A stretch of DNA of 63,017 nt from contig JBGSNL010000037.1 in the NCBI GenBank assembly GCA_041739675.1, positions 1-63,017 of the forward strand. The letters run 5' to 3'. Source of the stretch: a bacterium (GTDB lineage: Bacteria > UBA10199 > 2-02-FULL-44-16 > DYJF01). The notes beneath the pieces are model-generated. The model had not been told where the DNA came from, searched no databases, and saw nothing but the letters and a program-made list of their open reading frames with translations. Shown in pieces: positions 1 to 11,154 of this stretch (within the stretch, counting starts at the first letter, position 1; each line of letters opens with the position of its first letter). The position numbers were made by a program, and so were the translations under genes.

Positions 1-1402
1 GGATGTTGGCCTTGATCAGGGAAAAGCGCCATTCAAAACTCAAATCGGGCAGATCGACAATGGATATGAGAACCAGAACCGCGATTCCCGTCAGCACGAA
101 GCGCGGAATGGGATAACGCGTAGTCTTGACCTTTTTCACCTCGAATCCGAAGGGCCGCTTGAAACTCAAGATGCGAATTTTCTCGGCCGCGACCAGAAGG
201 GAAGGAAAGACCAGCATGTAAGACAGATAATTTATTATAAGACCCGATCCGGCTATGAAGCCGAATTCGGAAAAACCCTTGAAGTCGTTTATGACAAGTA
301 TCCAGAACGTTGCGGCGACCGTTGCAGCGGAGGTCAGCGCCGACCCTCCCGTGTGATACAGGGTGTTGAAAAGAGCTTCCTCCAGATCCTTTCCTTCGCG
401 TCGCTCCTCCAGATAGCGCGACAAAATATGGATTCCGATCTCCACTCCGAGGCCGCCAAGGATCGCAAACAAAAAAGACGTGACAAGGTTCAAGTCCTTG
501 ATGAAAAAAGAGGAGAAGGCAAACGTGGTCATGATGCCCATCGTCAACGGAATGAACAAAAGCCCCACGGCAAAAACGCGTCTGAAGTAGAGCATCAAAA
601 CAACCGCAATGCCGATTGCGGAGATGATTCCGGCGCGGGAGAGATCGCCGATTATCATGTTGTATTCGTCGCTCCTGGTGCGGATCGGCCCGGTGAAATA
701 GATGTTCGTCGTCGGAAAACTGTTCTCCGCCCTGAACTCACCCACCTTCCCCCTCACGAAATGGTAAAAGTCGCTGCACTCCTTAACGCTGTCGGGCTCC
801 TTGTGCGGATGGACGAACACCGAATAAACGGTCTCTTTATCGTTCGTGAAATATTCGCTTTTCGCCCCGGCGGAGTACTTGCTTTTGTATTTATCTTCTA
901 TATCGCCGAACTTGAACTCTTCATCGTTATCGCTGCCCTCATCCTCAAAATCGATATAGAGTCCGGAGAGTTTTTCACGCTGTATGCGCCTGTCGATCCT
1001 CTCCTTGATCGTGTTGAGATCGTCCAAATCCACAAAAAGGAGTTTGTGTTTGTCGAAAAACTCGTAGCCCCGCTTTTTTGTTTCCACCTCTTCAATGTTG
1101 GGATCCAAACTCAAGTAGGCCGCGAGGTCGTCCACCATCTTTTTTGCGATCTCGGGATTTTCGTCCTCGATGACGAGAATCATCGTCTTGACCGACTTAA
1201 AATTGTCCCTTATCTCGTTTATGGTCTTAACGCTCTCATAATGTTGGGGGATGAGCTGAGTTAAGTCTGTGTTAATATTAGAGAAATAGGCTTTCGCCCT
1301 TGGATATGAGACCACGGCCAGACCCACGGCCACGGCCAGGATCAGAAAATAATAGCGTATTACAAAACGGACAACAGACCTTAAAAGCCCTCTTATTCCC
1401 AT
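1..1402 (-). CDS. MMPL/RND-family transporter (possibly HpnN-like hopanoid exporter); 3' end runs off the window
   Basis: Not in the ORF track. Manual translation from ATG 1402: MGIRGLLRSVVRFVIRYYFLILAVAVGLAVVSYPRAKAYFSNINTDLTQLIPQHYESVKTINEIRDNFKSVKTMILVIED, then hydrophobic TM segments with RND-like motifs (GLGVEIGIHILSRYLEE; GSALTSAATVAATF; FKGFSEFGFIAGSG). Confidence 0.75.
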   Translation of the reverse strand, partial: MGIRGLLRSVVRFVIRYYFLILAVAVGLAVVSYPRAKAYFSNINTDLTQLIPQHYESVKTINEIRDNFKSVKTMILVIEDENPEIAKKMVDDLAAYLSLDPNIEEVETKKRGYEFFDKHKLLFVDLDDLNTIKERIDRRIQREKLSGLYIDFEDEGSDNDEEFKFGDIEDKYKSKYSAGAKSEYFTNDKETVYSVFVHPHKEPDSVKECSDFYHFVRGKVGEFRAENSFPTTNIYFTGPIRTRSDEYNMIIGDLSRAGIISAIGIAVVLMLYFRRVFAVGLLFIPLTMGIMTTFAFSSFFIKDLNLVTSFLFAILGGLGVEIGIHILSRYLEERREGKDLEEALFNTLYHTGGSALTSAATVAATFWILVINDFKGFSEFGFIAGSGLIINYLSYMLVFPSLLVAAEKIRILSFKRPFGFEVKKVKTTRYPIPRFVLTGIAVLVLISIVDLPDLSFEWRFSLIKANI

Positions 1403-1481
1403 TTTCCTGCCCTTTTAGTGTGCTTGACTGTGAGGCCGCAAAATGTATACTGCCGCCTCAATTAAAATCAAGGAGGATTAA

Positions 1482-2486
1482 ATGGCATTACGAATAGGTA
1501 TCAACGGTTTTGGAAGAATCGGAAGGCTGGCCTTAAGGGTTGCGGCAAACGACTCGTCTTTTGAGTTTGTAGGCATAAACGACCTTATACCGCCTGCAAC
1601 CATGGCCCACCTTTTTAAATATGATTCCACACACGGCCGTTTCAAGGGCGATGTATCCGCTCAGGAGAAAGAGATCGCGGTCAACGGGAAGAGGATCCCC
1701 ACATTTGCCGAAACGGACCCGTCAAAGCTGCCGTGGAAAGATTTGAGGGCGGATATCATTCTCGAGTGCACCGGTAAATTTGTCGATCTGGCCGGTGCGG
1801 CGAAACATCTCGCGGCTGGCGCGAAAAAGGTCATCATATCGGCGCCTTGTAAGGATAAGGACGCTCCGACGTTCGTATACGGCGTCAACCACGAATCCTA
1901 CAAACCGGCGGAACAGCATGTCGTCTCCAACGCGTCATGCACAACCAACTGCCTCGCTCCGGTCGCCAAGGTTCTTCACGAAAATTTTCAGATCGAGCGC
2001 GGTTTTATGACGACGATCCACGCCTACACGAACGACCAGCGCGTCGTTGACGGACCCCATAAGGATCTTCGCCGCGCACGCGCAGCGGCGATCTCCCAGA
2101 TTCCGACGACCACGGGCGCCGCTAAGGCGGTGGGCCTTGTTCTTCCGGACCTCAAGGGGAAACTGGACGGCATGTCGATGAGAATTCCGACGGCGAACGT
2201 CTCCTGCGTCGATCTCGTTGTTACCTGCCAGAAACCGGTGACGGTTGAAAGCGTCAACGCCGCCCTGAAAAAAGCCTCTCAGGGGTCGCTCAAGGGAATT
2301 TTGGATTATTGCGAAGAGCCGCTCGTTTCGGTCGATTTCATGGGAGAGATAAATTCGGCCGTCGTCGATGCGCCGTCCACAAAGGTCATCGGCAATATGG
2401 TCAAGGTCATCGCATGGTACGACAACGAGATCGGCTTCTGCCATCGCATGATGGATCTGGCCAAACACATGGGCAAGAAACTATGA
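1482..2486 (+). CDS. gap: glyceraldehyde-3-phosphate dehydrogenase
   Basis: INGFGRIGR and SNASCTTNCLAP motifs; SD AGGAGG upstream. Confidence 0.98.
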   Translation: MALRIGINGFGRIGRLALRVAANDSSFEFVGINDLIPPATMAHLFKYDSTHGRFKGDVSAQEKEIAVNGKRIPTFAETDPSKLPWKDLRADIILECTGKFVDLAGAAKHLAAGAKKVIISAPCKDKDAPTFVYGVNHESYKPAEQHVVSNASCTTNCLAPVAKVLHENFQIERGFMTTIHAYTNDQRVVDGPHKDLRRARAAAISQIPTTTGAAKAVGLVLPDLKGKLDGMSMRIPTANVSCVDLVVTCQKPVTVESVNAALKKASQGSLKGILDYCEEPLVSVDFMGEINSAVVDAPSTKVIGNMVKVIAWYDNEIGFCHRMMDLAKHMGKKL

Positions 2487-3670
2487 CCATCAAGTACATC
2501 GACGAGCTCCCGATAGCGGAAAAGAAGGTTTTCATCCGCGTCGATTTCAACGTGAAGCAGGACGATCAGGGCAACGTCACGGACGACACCCGCATTCGCG
2601 CGGCGCTCCCCACGATCCGTTATGCGCTCGGGGAAAAGGCCAAGGTGATTCTGGCGTCCCATCTGGGCCGGCCCAAGGGCCAGGTGAATCCGAAATATTC
2701 GATGAAGCCCGTCGGAAAAAGACTGGCCGAACTTTTAGAAAACGTGGACATCCTTCTTCCCGAAGATTGCGTCGGCGACGGTGTCAAAAAGATCGCGAAC
2801 GACATGCTCCCCGGCCAGGTGATGCTCCTTGAAAACTTACGTTTCCACAAAGAGGAGGAGGCAAACGACGAGCTCTTTTCAAAACAGCTTGCCTCGATAG
2901 CCGACGTCTACGTAAACGACGCGTTCGGCACGGCGCACCGCGCGCACGCTTCAACGGTGGGCATGGTCTCGTTTGTCCCTTTAAGAGGCGCCGGTTTTCT
3001 GATGCGTGACGAAATCACGTATCTATCAAAGATCATCAAAGATCCGGACAAGCCCTTCGTCGCAATTTTAGGCGGAGCCAAGGTCTCCGATAAGATCGGG
3101 GTGATCGAAAATCTTTTAAACAAGATCGATCGTCTTTTAATCGGCGGCGGAATGGCCTACACGTTCCTAAAGGCAAGGGGAGTTGAGATCGGTAAATCGC
3201 TTGTCGAAGAGGACAAGATACACCAGGCAAGGAAAATACTCGACCGCGCCGAGACGAAGGGGATCCCCATTCTTCTCCCGACCGATCATGTGATTGCCTC
3301 CGAATGCGAGAAAACGGCGAAGGCCACTATCACAAATGACGTCGCCATTCCCGCGGGCCAGATGGGGCTCGACATCGGGCCGGCAACACTTTCAAGATTT
3401 GAAGATTCGATTAAGGATTCCAAAACAATTTTCTGGAACGGCCCCATGGGCGTCTTTGAAATCCCTTTATTTGCCAAGGGAACGTTCGAGCTTGCAAAGG
3501 CGGTTGCCTCTGTAGCCGCAACAACCGTTGTGGGCGGCGGCGATTCAGTGGCCGCTGTTAACAAAGCGGGTGTCGCGGGGAAGATCACACACATATCGAC
3601 CGGCGGCGGCGCCTCGCTTGAATTCATCGAAGGAAAGGAATTACCGGGCATCAAGGCCCTGGAAGTCTGA
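2483..3670 (+). CDS. pgk: phosphoglycerate kinase
   Basis: [33 protein letters not shown]; ATGA overlap with the gap stop. Confidence 0.97.
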   Translation: MTIKYIDELPIAEKKVFIRVDFNVKQDDQGNVTDDTRIRAALPTIRYALGEKAKVILASHLGRPKGQVNPKYSMKPVGKRLAELLENVDILLPEDCVGDGVKKIANDMLPGQVMLLENLRFHKEEEANDELFSKQLASIADVYVNDAFGTAHRAHASTVGMVSFVPLRGAGFLMRDEITYLSKIIKDPDKPFVAILGGAKVSDKIGVIENLLNKIDRLLIGGGMAYTFLKARGVEIGKSLVEEDKIHQARKILDRAETKGIPILLPTDHVIASECEKTAKATITNDVAIPAGQMGLDIGPATLSRFEDSIKDSKTIFWNGPMGVFEIPLFAKGTFELAKAVASVAATTVVGGGDSVAAVNKAGVAGKITHISTGGGASLEFIEGKELPGIKALEV

Positions 3671-3671
3671 T

Positions 3672-4445
3672 ATGAGAACACCATTCATAGTTGCAAACTG
3701 GAAGATGAACTTCACGGTCGCGGACGCTTTGAAATTCGAGACCGCGCTTACTCATGAACTCAAGGCGACAGGAGACGTCGAAATTGCAATCGCGCCGCCT
3801 TTCACCGCGCTCTATTCGCTCGGCGTCGTGCTTTCGGAAACGCCCTACAAGCTCGCCGCGCAAAACATTTTTTGGGAAGAGAGCGGCGCGTTCACCGGAG
3901 AGGTCTCCGGCATCTTTCTAAAAGATGTCGGCTGCGAATATGTGATTATCGGCCATTCGGAAAGACGCCAGTATTTTGGCGAGACCGACGAGACGGTAAG
4001 CAAGAGAATCCGCGCCGCGCTCAGAGACGATCTCGTCCCGGTCATGTGCGTCGGCGAAATGCTGCCCGAAAGGGAGAAAAACAAGACCTGGGAAGTGATA
4101 GAGCGTCAGCTCAAGATGGGGCTTTCTTCCATTTTCTTGAAGGATATAGGAAATTTTGTGATTGCTTACGAGCCCGTTTGGGCGATAGGAACCGGCAAAA
4201 CCGCAACCCCGGCGCAGGCCGAAGAGGTCCACTCGATGATTCGCGACTGGCTCTCCAAGAACTGCGACGGCGCAACCGCCGAGCGAGTGAGAATCCTCTA
4301 CGGCGGGAGTGTGAAGTCAAAGAACGCGAGAGAGATTTTGACGCAACCAAACGTTGACGGCGCGCTTGTCGGCGGCGCGAGCCTTGATCCAGTAGAGTTC
4401 GCGAACATCATAAGAAGTGCGCCGCAAAAATCTCAATCGAATTAG
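3672..4445 (+). CDS. tpiA: triosephosphate isomerase
   Basis: ANWKMN, IIGHSERR, AYEPVWAIGTG, LYGGSV, LVGGASL. Confidence 0.97.
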   Translation: MRTPFIVANWKMNFTVADALKFETALTHELKATGDVEIAIAPPFTALYSLGVVLSETPYKLAAQNIFWEESGAFTGEVSGIFLKDVGCEYVIIGHSERRQYFGETDETVSKRIRAALRDDLVPVMCVGEMLPEREKNKTWEVIERQLKMGLSSIFLKDIGNFVIAYEPVWAIGTGKTATPAQAEEVHSMIRDWLSKNCDGATAERVRILYGGSVKSKNAREILTQPNVDGALVGGASLDPVEFANIIRSAPQKSQSN

Positions 4446-4457
4446 AAAGGGTTTTTT

Positions 4458-4802
4458 ATGGAAACATTTTTGATAACAATTCATTATTTCATCTGCGCAT
4501 TTCTCATCATCGTGATTTTGCTGCAGGCGGGAAAGGGCGCCGATATAGGTGCGGTGTTCGGCGGAGGATCGCAGACGGTTTTCGGAAGCCGCGGGCCGGC
4601 AACGTTCTTGAGTAAAGTGACTGCCGTGGTCGCAATCGCATTTCTCGTCACCTCCATCTGGCTGGCGCAGATATCCAAGACGCGCTCTGTGACCTCTGTG
4701 ATTGACAAAGCTCCGATTTCGGAAGAACAACCTGTCCCGGCAGAGCAAGCGGCGCCGGCGGAAGAAAATATCCCCGTTGAAAAACAAGTGGAGACAAAAT
4801 AG
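4458..4802 (+). CDS. secG: preprotein translocase subunit SecG
   Basis: [26 protein letters not shown]; conserved tpiA-secG-tRNA-Leu synteny. Confidence 0.95.
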   Translation: METFLITIHYFICAFLIIVILLQAGKGADIGAVFGGGSQTVFGSRGPATFLSKVTAVVAIAFLVTSIWLAQISKTRSVTSVIDKAPISEEQPVPAEQAAPAEENIPVEKQVETK

Positions 4803-4819
4803 TTCTTAGACAATTTTTC

Positions 4820-4901
4820 GCCCGGGTGGTGGAATTGGCATACACGTACGTTTGAGGGGCGTATGGGGAAACCCTTGCGGGTTCAAATCCCGCCCCGGGC
4901 A
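4820..4901 (+). tRNA. tRNA-Leu(GAG)
   Basis: GCCCGGG/CCCGGGC acceptor stem, anticodon arm TACGT-TTGAGGG-GCGTA, long variable arm, GGTTCAAATCC T-arm. Confidence 0.95.
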
Positions 4902-4902
4902 C

Positions 4903-4941
4903 AAATAAAAAGGAGGGGTCAATCCCTTCCTTTTTTATTTT
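4903..4941. terminator. likely bidirectional intrinsic terminator
   Basis: AAAAAGGAGGGG-tcaat-CCCTTCCTTTTTT between the convergent tRNA-Leu and phoU. Confidence 0.75.
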
Positions 4942-4965
4942 GAGTTTGTCGGTGAAATCCCGCCG

Positions 4966-5631
4966 CTACTGCGAACGACCGTGCCTGACATCCCGGCCGC
5001 GCATCATGAATATTGTAAGCTCCGCAATGTTTGTGGCGTGATCTGCGATTCTTTCAAGATATCTGATAATTGACGATGCGGGGAAGGCCGTCTTTGCAAG
5101 GCCCGGTTCCTTTGCAACGCGGTCGATAAGTTCAGTCACGAATTTTTTCGTCATCTCATCGACCTCGTCGTCGTGCTTGAAGACCCCCTCCGCTTTTTTA
5201 TCATCCCCTTCGACAAAAGCGCTGAAGCTGTCTTTGAGCATTTTCTGAACGATTGCCGCCATTTTTGAGATGTCGACTGGCGGCGCCCCCTCCTCGACCA
5301 ACTCCTTCACCCTTTGCGCAAAGTTAACCGCCAGATCGCCTATTCTCTCAAGGTCGGTCACGATCTTGAGACCCCGAGTTATGAACCGAAGATCACCTGC
5401 CGCAGGCTGGTATCTCGCCAGAAGCTCAATGCATTGCTCGTCGATTGCGACTTCAAGCGCGTTCACGGAGCGGTCCGACTCCATTATCTTCGCAGCAAGG
5501 GTTTTGTCCTTGTCCTTTAGAGCTCTCACGCAATCGGCAACCATGACCTCCACCTTGCTCCCCATGAGAAGTATCTGCTGTTTCAAGCTGGTGAGCGCTT
5601 CATCATAGTGATGATCGATGTGATGATCCAT
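4966..5631 (-). CDS. phoU: phosphate signalling protein PhoU
   Basis: DLERIGDLA and YLERIADHATNIAE repeats. Confidence 0.96.
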   Translation of the reverse strand: MDHHIDHHYDEALTSLKQQILLMGSKVEVMVADCVRALKDKDKTLAAKIMESDRSVNALEVAIDEQCIELLARYQPAAGDLRFITRGLKIVTDLERIGDLAVNFAQRVKELVEEGAPPVDISKMAAIVQKMLKDSFSAFVEGDDKKAEGVFKHDDEVDEMTKKFVTELIDRVAKEPGLAKTAFPASSIIRYLERIADHATNIAELTIFMMRGRDVRHGRSQ

Positions 5632-5643
5632 AATACCTCCTCT

Positions 5644-6396
5644 TTATCCGTATCTTCCTGTTATATAGTCCTCGGTTTTTTTGTCGGACGGCGCCGTAAA
5701 TATCTGATTCGTGCGCCCGAATTCAACGAGATCCCCCATGAGCATGAACCCGCAGTCTTCCGACACCCTTGCCGCCTGCTGCATGTTGTGCGTGACGATA
5801 AGAATGGTGAAGTTGCTTTTCAGATCCTGCATCAGTTCTTCGATGCGCGCCGTTGCCTGCGGATCGAGAGCCGAGCACGGCTCGTCCATGAGAAGAATGT
5901 CCGGTTTTGTGGCAACCGCTCTTGCGATGCAAAGCCTCTGCTGCTCCTCCCCTGAAAGCGTCAGGGCGTTTTGTTTCAACCTGTCTTTGAGTTCCCCCCA
6001 CAACCCGACCGCATTGAGACTTTCAGCCACGATTTTCTCCAGATCGCTTTTCTTCGTTGTGCCGTGTATGCGCGGCCCGTAAGACGCATTGTCGAAAACG
6101 CTCAAAGGGAAGGGGTTGGGTCTCTGAAAGACCATGCCCACCCGCCTTCTTAGTGCCATGAGGTCAATTCCGCCGCCGATGATCTCGTTCCCGAATATTT
6201 TGACCTCCCCCGTTGCCCGGCTTCCGATTATGAGATCGTTCATTCTGTTGAAGACCCTGAGGAGCGTTGATTTCCCGCAACCGGACGGCCCGATGAGCGC
6301 GGTTATTCTCTTTTCCGCGACGGCCAGATTTATCTCTTTGAGCGCCTGAAAATCGCCGTAGTAAAAACAGAGGTTTTTGCAGCTTATCGCATCCAT
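5644..6396 (-). CDS. pstB: phosphate ABC transporter ATPase
   Basis: [37 protein letters not shown]. Confidence 0.95.
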   Translation of the reverse strand: MDAISCKNLCFYYGDFQALKEINLAVAEKRITALIGPSGCGKSTLLRVFNRMNDLIIGSRATGEVKIFGNEIIGGGIDLMALRRRVGMVFQRPNPFPLSVFDNASYGPRIHGTTKKSDLEKIVAESLNAVGLWGELKDRLKQNALTLSGEEQQRLCIARAVATKPDILLMDEPCSALDPQATARIEELMQDLKSNFTILIVTHNMQQAARVSEDCGFMLMGDLVEFGRTNQIFTAPSDKKTEDYITGRYG

Positions 6397-7145
6397 CAGC
6401 CGAACCTTCCTGTCACGTAGTCTTCCGTCTTCTTGTTAGATGGAACCGTAAATATGGTTTCGGTCTTGTCTATTTCTATCAGCTCGCCCGTCAAAAGAAA
6501 TGCGGTCCTGTCTCCTATCCTCGCCGCCTGCTTTGTATTGTTCGTCACAAAAATCATCGTGTAGTTTTTCTTGAGCTCTTTCAATGCCTCCTCAACCTTG
6601 GCCGTTGATATTGGATCGAGTCCCGAACAGGGTTCGTCAAACATTATGACTTCGGGATTCAGCGCTATCGTTCGAGCAATGCAAAGCCTCTGCTGTTGCC
6701 CCCCTGACAGCCTCACCGCCGACGACTCTAGCCTGTCTTTCACCTCGTCCCACAAGAAAGCGGCCTTGAGCGAAGCCTCGACCAATTCGTCCGCAGACGA
6801 TTTTTTCAGCCGCCCCTTCAGTTTCGGACCGAACAAAATATTTTCACGTATCGTCATGGGAAGGGGAATCGGCACTGCAAACACAACCCCAACTCTGCGC
6901 CTCAACTCTTCAACGTCTTCGATCGCCTGGATGTTCTGATTGTCCAGAAGGATCTTCCCTTTGACCCGCGCTCCGTAGATGCGATCGATCATTCTATTGA
7001 GACACAAAAGCAGCGTCGATTTGCCGGAATTTGCGGGCCCAATGACGCTCAAAATCTCATGTTCGAACACATCTAGACTAAGGCTTTTAAGCGCCGTCTT
7101 TCCCGCAAACGAAACACTAAGATCCTTGATGCTTATCTTGTTCAA
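6396..7145 (-). CDS. pstB: second phosphate ABC transporter ATPase
   Basis: [40 protein letters not shown]; the H-loop reads VTNN. Confidence 0.9.
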   Translation of the reverse strand: MNKISIKDLSVSFAGKTALKSLSLDVFEHEILSVIGPANSGKSTLLLCLNRMIDRIYGARVKGKILLDNQNIQAIEDVEELRRRVGVVFAVPIPLPMTIRENILFGPKLKGRLKKSSADELVEASLKAAFLWDEVKDRLESSAVRLSGGQQQRLCIARTIALNPEVIMFDEPCSGLDPISTAKVEEALKELKKNYTMIFVTNNTKQAARIGDRTAFLLTGELIEIDKTETIFTVPSNKKTEDYVTGRFG

Positions 7146-7147
7146 CT

Positions 7148-7990
7148 TTAAGCCCTTCTGCCTTTCATGAGACGGTGCATCATCGTGTATGCGCTTATGT
7201 TGATCACCAAAATTGTGCAGATGAGGACAGCCGCGGTCGCGTAGGCCATGTCGTTCGATATCCCTTCGCGCGCCAATATGTAGAAGTGAACCGCCATCGT
7301 TCTTGCCGAATCGAAAAGCGACGTCGGCATTTGCACGGCGGAGCCGGCGGTGAAAATGACGACCGCGGTCTCCTCAATTGACCGTCCAATCCCCAGAATG
7401 ACGCCGGTCAAAATGCCGGGAAGCGCGTAAGGCAGCACGGATTTTGTCACCACCTGCCATCTTGTTGCGCCGAGCGACGCCGCAACATCGCGATAGGAAG
7501 CGGGGACCGCTCTGAGCGCCTCCTCCGACGTGCGTATGATCGTGGGGAGAATCATCGCGGCGAGAGACAAGCCGCCGGAGAGAATCGACCAGCCGAATCC
7601 CAGCATGACCACGAACAAAATAAAACCGAACAGGCCGAAGATGATCGATGGAACCCCCGCAAGACAGTTGATCCCGAACCTGATCGCCTGCGTCATCTTC
7701 CCCTCGCGGGTGTACTCCGCAAGATATATAGAGCTTGCGATCCCCAGCGGAGCGGCGATTCCAACAGCGACAAAGACCATGAGAATCGTACCTACAATTG
7801 CTGGTAAAATTCCGCCTGCTCGGCCCATGTCCAGTATCGGCTCGGTTAAAAATGCCCACGTGATGTGTTTGAGACCGCCGGCAAGAACAAAACCTATGAC
7901 GAAGATGAGTGCGCCTATCGTGAAAATAGCCGCGCCCCACAGCGTTATCTTTGCCAACCGCTCCGTAACTTTTGGAGAGATGCGCCCCAT
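7148..7990 (-). CDS. pstA: phosphate ABC transporter permease PstA
   Basis: IYLAEY, LAGVPSIIFGLFG, TSEEALRAVP. Confidence 0.95.
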   Translation of the reverse strand: MGRISPKVTERLAKITLWGAAIFTIGALIFVIGFVLAGGLKHITWAFLTEPILDMGRAGGILPAIVGTILMVFVAVGIAAPLGIASSIYLAEYTREGKMTQAIRFGINCLAGVPSIIFGLFGFILFVVMLGFGWSILSGGLSLAAMILPTIIRTSEEALRAVPASYRDVAASLGATRWQVVTKSVLPYALPGILTGVILGIGRSIEETAVVIFTAGSAVQMPTSLFDSARTMAVHFYILAREGISNDMAYATAAVLICTILVINISAYTMMHRLMKGRRA

Positions 7991-8827
7991 CTAGAATTTT
8001 CTCCTCGCAAACCGCAATGCAATCATGTTGAGGATCATAATGAAGAAAAACAGAACGACACCCGTCGCGAAAAGTGCCTGTCTGTGATCTCCCACCGCAT
8101 AACCCATCTCGATCGCGATGTTTGCGGTAAGGGTCCTGACCGAATCGAGTGGGGAGTGGGGAATGGTCGTAGCGTTTCCGGAGATCATGATGACCGCCAT
8201 CGTCTCGCCAACCGCGCGCCCCATTCCTAAAATTGTGCCCGCTAAAATTCCGGATTTTGCAGCCGGCAAAATAACACGCCACGTGGACTGCCAGACCGTG
8301 GCGCCCAGCGCCAGCGATCCTTCCTTGTAATTTTTGGGAACCGCCTGTATCGCATCGATCGATACGCTCACAATCGTGGGCAGGATCATGATCGCAAGCA
8401 CCACAGATGCCGCCAGAATGGAGAGCCCCGGTCCGCCAAGATGGTTTCTTATGAGCGGGGCAAGCCACATCACACCTAAAAATCCGTAAACGACGGAAGG
8501 GATGCCGGCAAGCAGCTCGATCGCCGGCTTTAAAACTCCCACCCATTTTTTTGGCGCGAACTCCGCCAGAAAAATCGCGCACGAAACTCCAAGCGGCACG
8601 CCGAAAATGAGCGCGCCAAATGTCACCCAAAGCGAGCCTATGATGAAGGCGTAGATACCGAAAGGTCCCGTGAGGGGCGACCATTCTTTGCTGAAGATGA
8701 AATGGCCGAGGCCGGTCTTGGCCATGATGGGAACGCCCTCTTTAAATATAAAGAGGGCGATCAGGGCCAATATCGCCGTTGATGAGCACGCGGCGAGAAA
8801 GAGAAGTTTCGAAATGAATTTATCCAC
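7991..8827 (-). CDS. pstC: phosphate ABC transporter permease PstC
   Basis: ELLAGIPSVVYG, GRAVGETMAV. Confidence 0.95.
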   Translation of the reverse strand: MDKFISKLLFLAACSSTAILALIALFIFKEGVPIMAKTGLGHFIFSKEWSPLTGPFGIYAFIIGSLWVTFGALIFGVPLGVSCAIFLAEFAPKKWVGVLKPAIELLAGIPSVVYGFLGVMWLAPLIRNHLGGPGLSILAASVVLAIMILPTIVSVSIDAIQAVPKNYKEGSLALGATVWQSTWRVILPAAKSGILAGTILGMGRAVGETMAVIMISGNATTIPHSPLDSVRTLTANIAIEMGYAVGDHRQALFATGVVLFFFIMILNMIALRFARRKF

Positions 8828-8828
8828 T

Positions 8829-9638
8829 TTATTTCGCTGCTATCAGCCCCTCTTTTTCAAGAAGCTTCTGGGACTCCTCTGAAAGAACATAATCGATAAA
8901 TTTTTTAGCGCCTTCCGTTGGTTCACCCTTTACCAAAAAAAAGACTGGGCGCGAAAGAGGATAGGTCCCCTTTTTTACGTTTTCGTTAGACGGCGCGACT
9001 CCATTCAACGAAACCTCTTTGACTTTGTCGTTCACGAGGCCTATCGAAACGTAACCGATCGCAAAAGGATCGCTGGCGACCGCTTCGCGGATCGTCCCGT
9101 TTGAATTCTGAAAAAGGGCGCCCGGCGCCAGTTTTTCTTCACCCAAAACGAGCGTATCGAAAGACCTCCTTGTTCCGGACCCCTCTTCCCTTGATATGAC
9201 GTGAATCGGCTGATCGGCCCCGCCCAAATCCTTCCAGTTCGCGATCTTTCCGGAAAACACATCACGCGCCTGAATAGACGTGAGTTCTCTTAGCGGATTT
9301 TGGGGCTGAACCACAATCGCTATACCATCCTTTGCGACCGTTATTGAAGTTAGCGCAGACGCGTCCGGCGGAAGTTTTAAAAGATCCGCCATTCCAATAT
9401 TGGCCGCCCCGGAAAGCGCCGACTGGACGCCGACTGCCGACCCGCCGCCTTGAACGTTGATTCGTACATCCTTATTCGTTTCCATGTATTTTTCCGCAAG
9501 CTTTTCCGCAAACGGCTGGAACGCGGTCGAACCCGCAAGCGTGATCATCGCGTTGCCGTTACGCTTACAGCCCTGCACCGCAAACATGACCACTAACGAC
9601 ACAAACGCACACAAAAATCTTGAAACCCATTTTGACAT
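8829..9638 (-). CDS. pstS: phosphate-binding lipoprotein PstS
   Basis: Lipobox VQGC; AGSTA, QGGGSAVG, SREEGSGTR, YPLSRP. Confidence 0.94.
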   Translation of the reverse strand: MSKWVSRFLCAFVSLVVMFAVQGCKRNGNAMITLAGSTAFQPFAEKLAEKYMETNKDVRINVQGGGSAVGVQSALSGAANIGMADLLKLPPDASALTSITVAKDGIAIVVQPQNPLRELTSIQARDVFSGKIANWKDLGGADQPIHVISREEGSGTRRSFDTLVLGEEKLAPGALFQNSNGTIREAVASDPFAIGYVSIGLVNDKVKEVSLNGVAPSNENVKKGTYPLSRPVFFLVKGEPTEGAKKFIDYVLSEESQKLLEKEGLIAAK

Positions 9639-9700
9639 ATCATTCTCCTTTTATGGTTTGTTTCCAAACCACCCCATAGAACATTTGATGTTCTATGTCC

Positions 9701-9720
9701 CGTTAGGAAATTGTTAGGGA
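9701..9720 (-). promoter_or_regulatory. candidate Pho box upstream of pstS
   Basis: Minus strand CCTAACAATTT-CCTAACG: direct repeat with an 11-bp period, the spacing used by OmpR/PhoB-family dimers. Confidence 0.55.
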
Positions 9721-9741
9721 GACCCGCTGGCGGACACTGGC

Positions 9742-11151
9742 TTAACTTATCGGAAGATATATTGAAAAAGTTGAACCCTTCCCGGGCTCGCTCTCAACGT
9801 GAACGTGTCCGCCGTGAGCGGAGACAATGTGTTTAACGATGGAGAGCCCGAGGCCGGTGCCCCCCATTTCGCGGCTCCTTGCTTTGTCCACCCTATAGAA
9901 CCTCTCAAATATCCGCGGCAGATGCTCCGGCGAAATTCCGCAGCCCCTGTCAATGATTTTTATGACGACGCTGTCCCCTTCTTTGCCGGCGCGAACACTG
10001 ACGGTTTTCTTCCTCTCGCTATATTTGATCGCATTATCGATGAGGTTCGTCACCGCTTCTTCGAGAAGCGGCGCATTCACGTCCATCACAACGTCTTCTC
10101 TTATCTCAAGCTCTATCGCAATATCCTTTTCCCTTGCCCTTTGCTCGCAAAGCGAGACGGCTTCATTCAAAACCTGCCGCAAGTTCGCCTTCTCGAATTT
10201 TATCTGGCCCTTCTCGACCCCCTGTTCGAGCCTCGACAAGCTCAAGAGATCCTCAACTATGGTGCTGAGTCTGTCTGCATGCCTTGCAATAATACTCAGA
10301 AATTCCTTTGTCCTTTCGGGATCTGCAACCGCCCCGTCGCGAAGCGTTTCGACAAATCCCTTTATACTCGTGATTGGCGTCATCAGTTCGTGGGAAACGT
10401 TTGCGACAAAATCCTTTCTCATGGATTCAAGGCGCATGAGCTGCAGGGCCATTTTGTTTAAGACCTCCGCTAGCGATGATATCTCCACCGCCCCAAAGGA
10501 GCGGAGACGATACTCAAAATCCCCCCTGGCATACCTCTCTGCGCCCACCTTGACCGCCTCAAGAGGCTTCACAATCCGTCTTGTTATAATGAGGCTTATT
10601 AAAACCGCCAAAACTGCGACCGCCAGACCGCCGATCGCTATCCTTATATACATTGCCTTGAGCGCATCAGTGATATGAACGAGAGACTTCGACGCGCGAA
10701 CGATACCGATTACAGCGCCATCTTTTTTCATAGGAAGCGCGACATAGATCATCTGTTGCGACATCTCCTTGCTGAAATGCACGTCGACCCCAAGGGAACC
10801 CGAAAGCGCTTTTTTAATCTCCGGCCGCCCGGAATGATTTTCCATAACTGTCGGATCAGTATCGGAATCGCACACAACTTTTCCCGCAGTATCCATTGTC
10901 GTGATGCGCGTTTGAACAGCCTCTCCCGAATCTTTGCAGAGCGCTTCCAGTTCCTTCATGTCTTTCCTGCTGTATGAATCCCCGATGATTCTCTCTACCA
11001 GCACCGCCTTTGTTTGAAGGTCCCGGATCGTTTGATCGATATAATAATGTTTGAGGGCCCGCGATGCCAGCCAGCTTACGACGATCAGGGATAGAAATAT
11101 GATGATAAGGTAGGGTGCATAAATTTGAAACAACAGCTTTTTTCTTTTCAC
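9742..11151 (-). CDS. phoR: phosphate sensor histidine kinase
   Basis: TM-HAMP-HisKA (FVANVSHELMTP)-HATPase (NLIDNAIKY, ERFYRVDKARSR, GTGLGLSIVKH). Confidence 0.92.
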   Translation of the reverse strand: MKRKKLLFQIYAPYLIIIFLSLIVVSWLASRALKHYYIDQTIRDLQTKAVLVERIIGDSYSRKDMKELEALCKDSGEAVQTRITTMDTAGKVVCDSDTDPTVMENHSGRPEIKKALSGSLGVDVHFSKEMSQQMIYVALPMKKDGAVIGIVRASKSLVHITDALKAMYIRIAIGGLAVAVLAVLISLIITRRIVKPLEAVKVGAERYARGDFEYRLRSFGAVEISSLAEVLNKMALQLMRLESMRKDFVANVSHELMTPITSIKGFVETLRDGAVADPERTKEFLSIIARHADRLSTIVEDLLSLSRLEQGVEKGQIKFEKANLRQVLNEAVSLCEQRAREKDIAIELEIREDVVMDVNAPLLEEAVTNLIDNAIKYSERKKTVSVRAGKEGDSVVIKIIDRGCGISPEHLPRIFERFYRVDKARSREMGGTGLGLSIVKHIVSAHGGHVHVESEPGKGSTFSIYLPIS

Positions 11152-11154
11152 CAG

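Noticed and set aside
353-1264. 303-aa plus-strand ORF in the track
   Set aside because: Antisense shadow of the MMPL gene, whose minus-strand frame has clear family motifs.
1310-1340. Short CCACGGCCA repeats (PRPDPRPRP ORF)
   Set aside because: Encodes the LAVAVGLAVV TM helix of the minus-strand MMPL gene.
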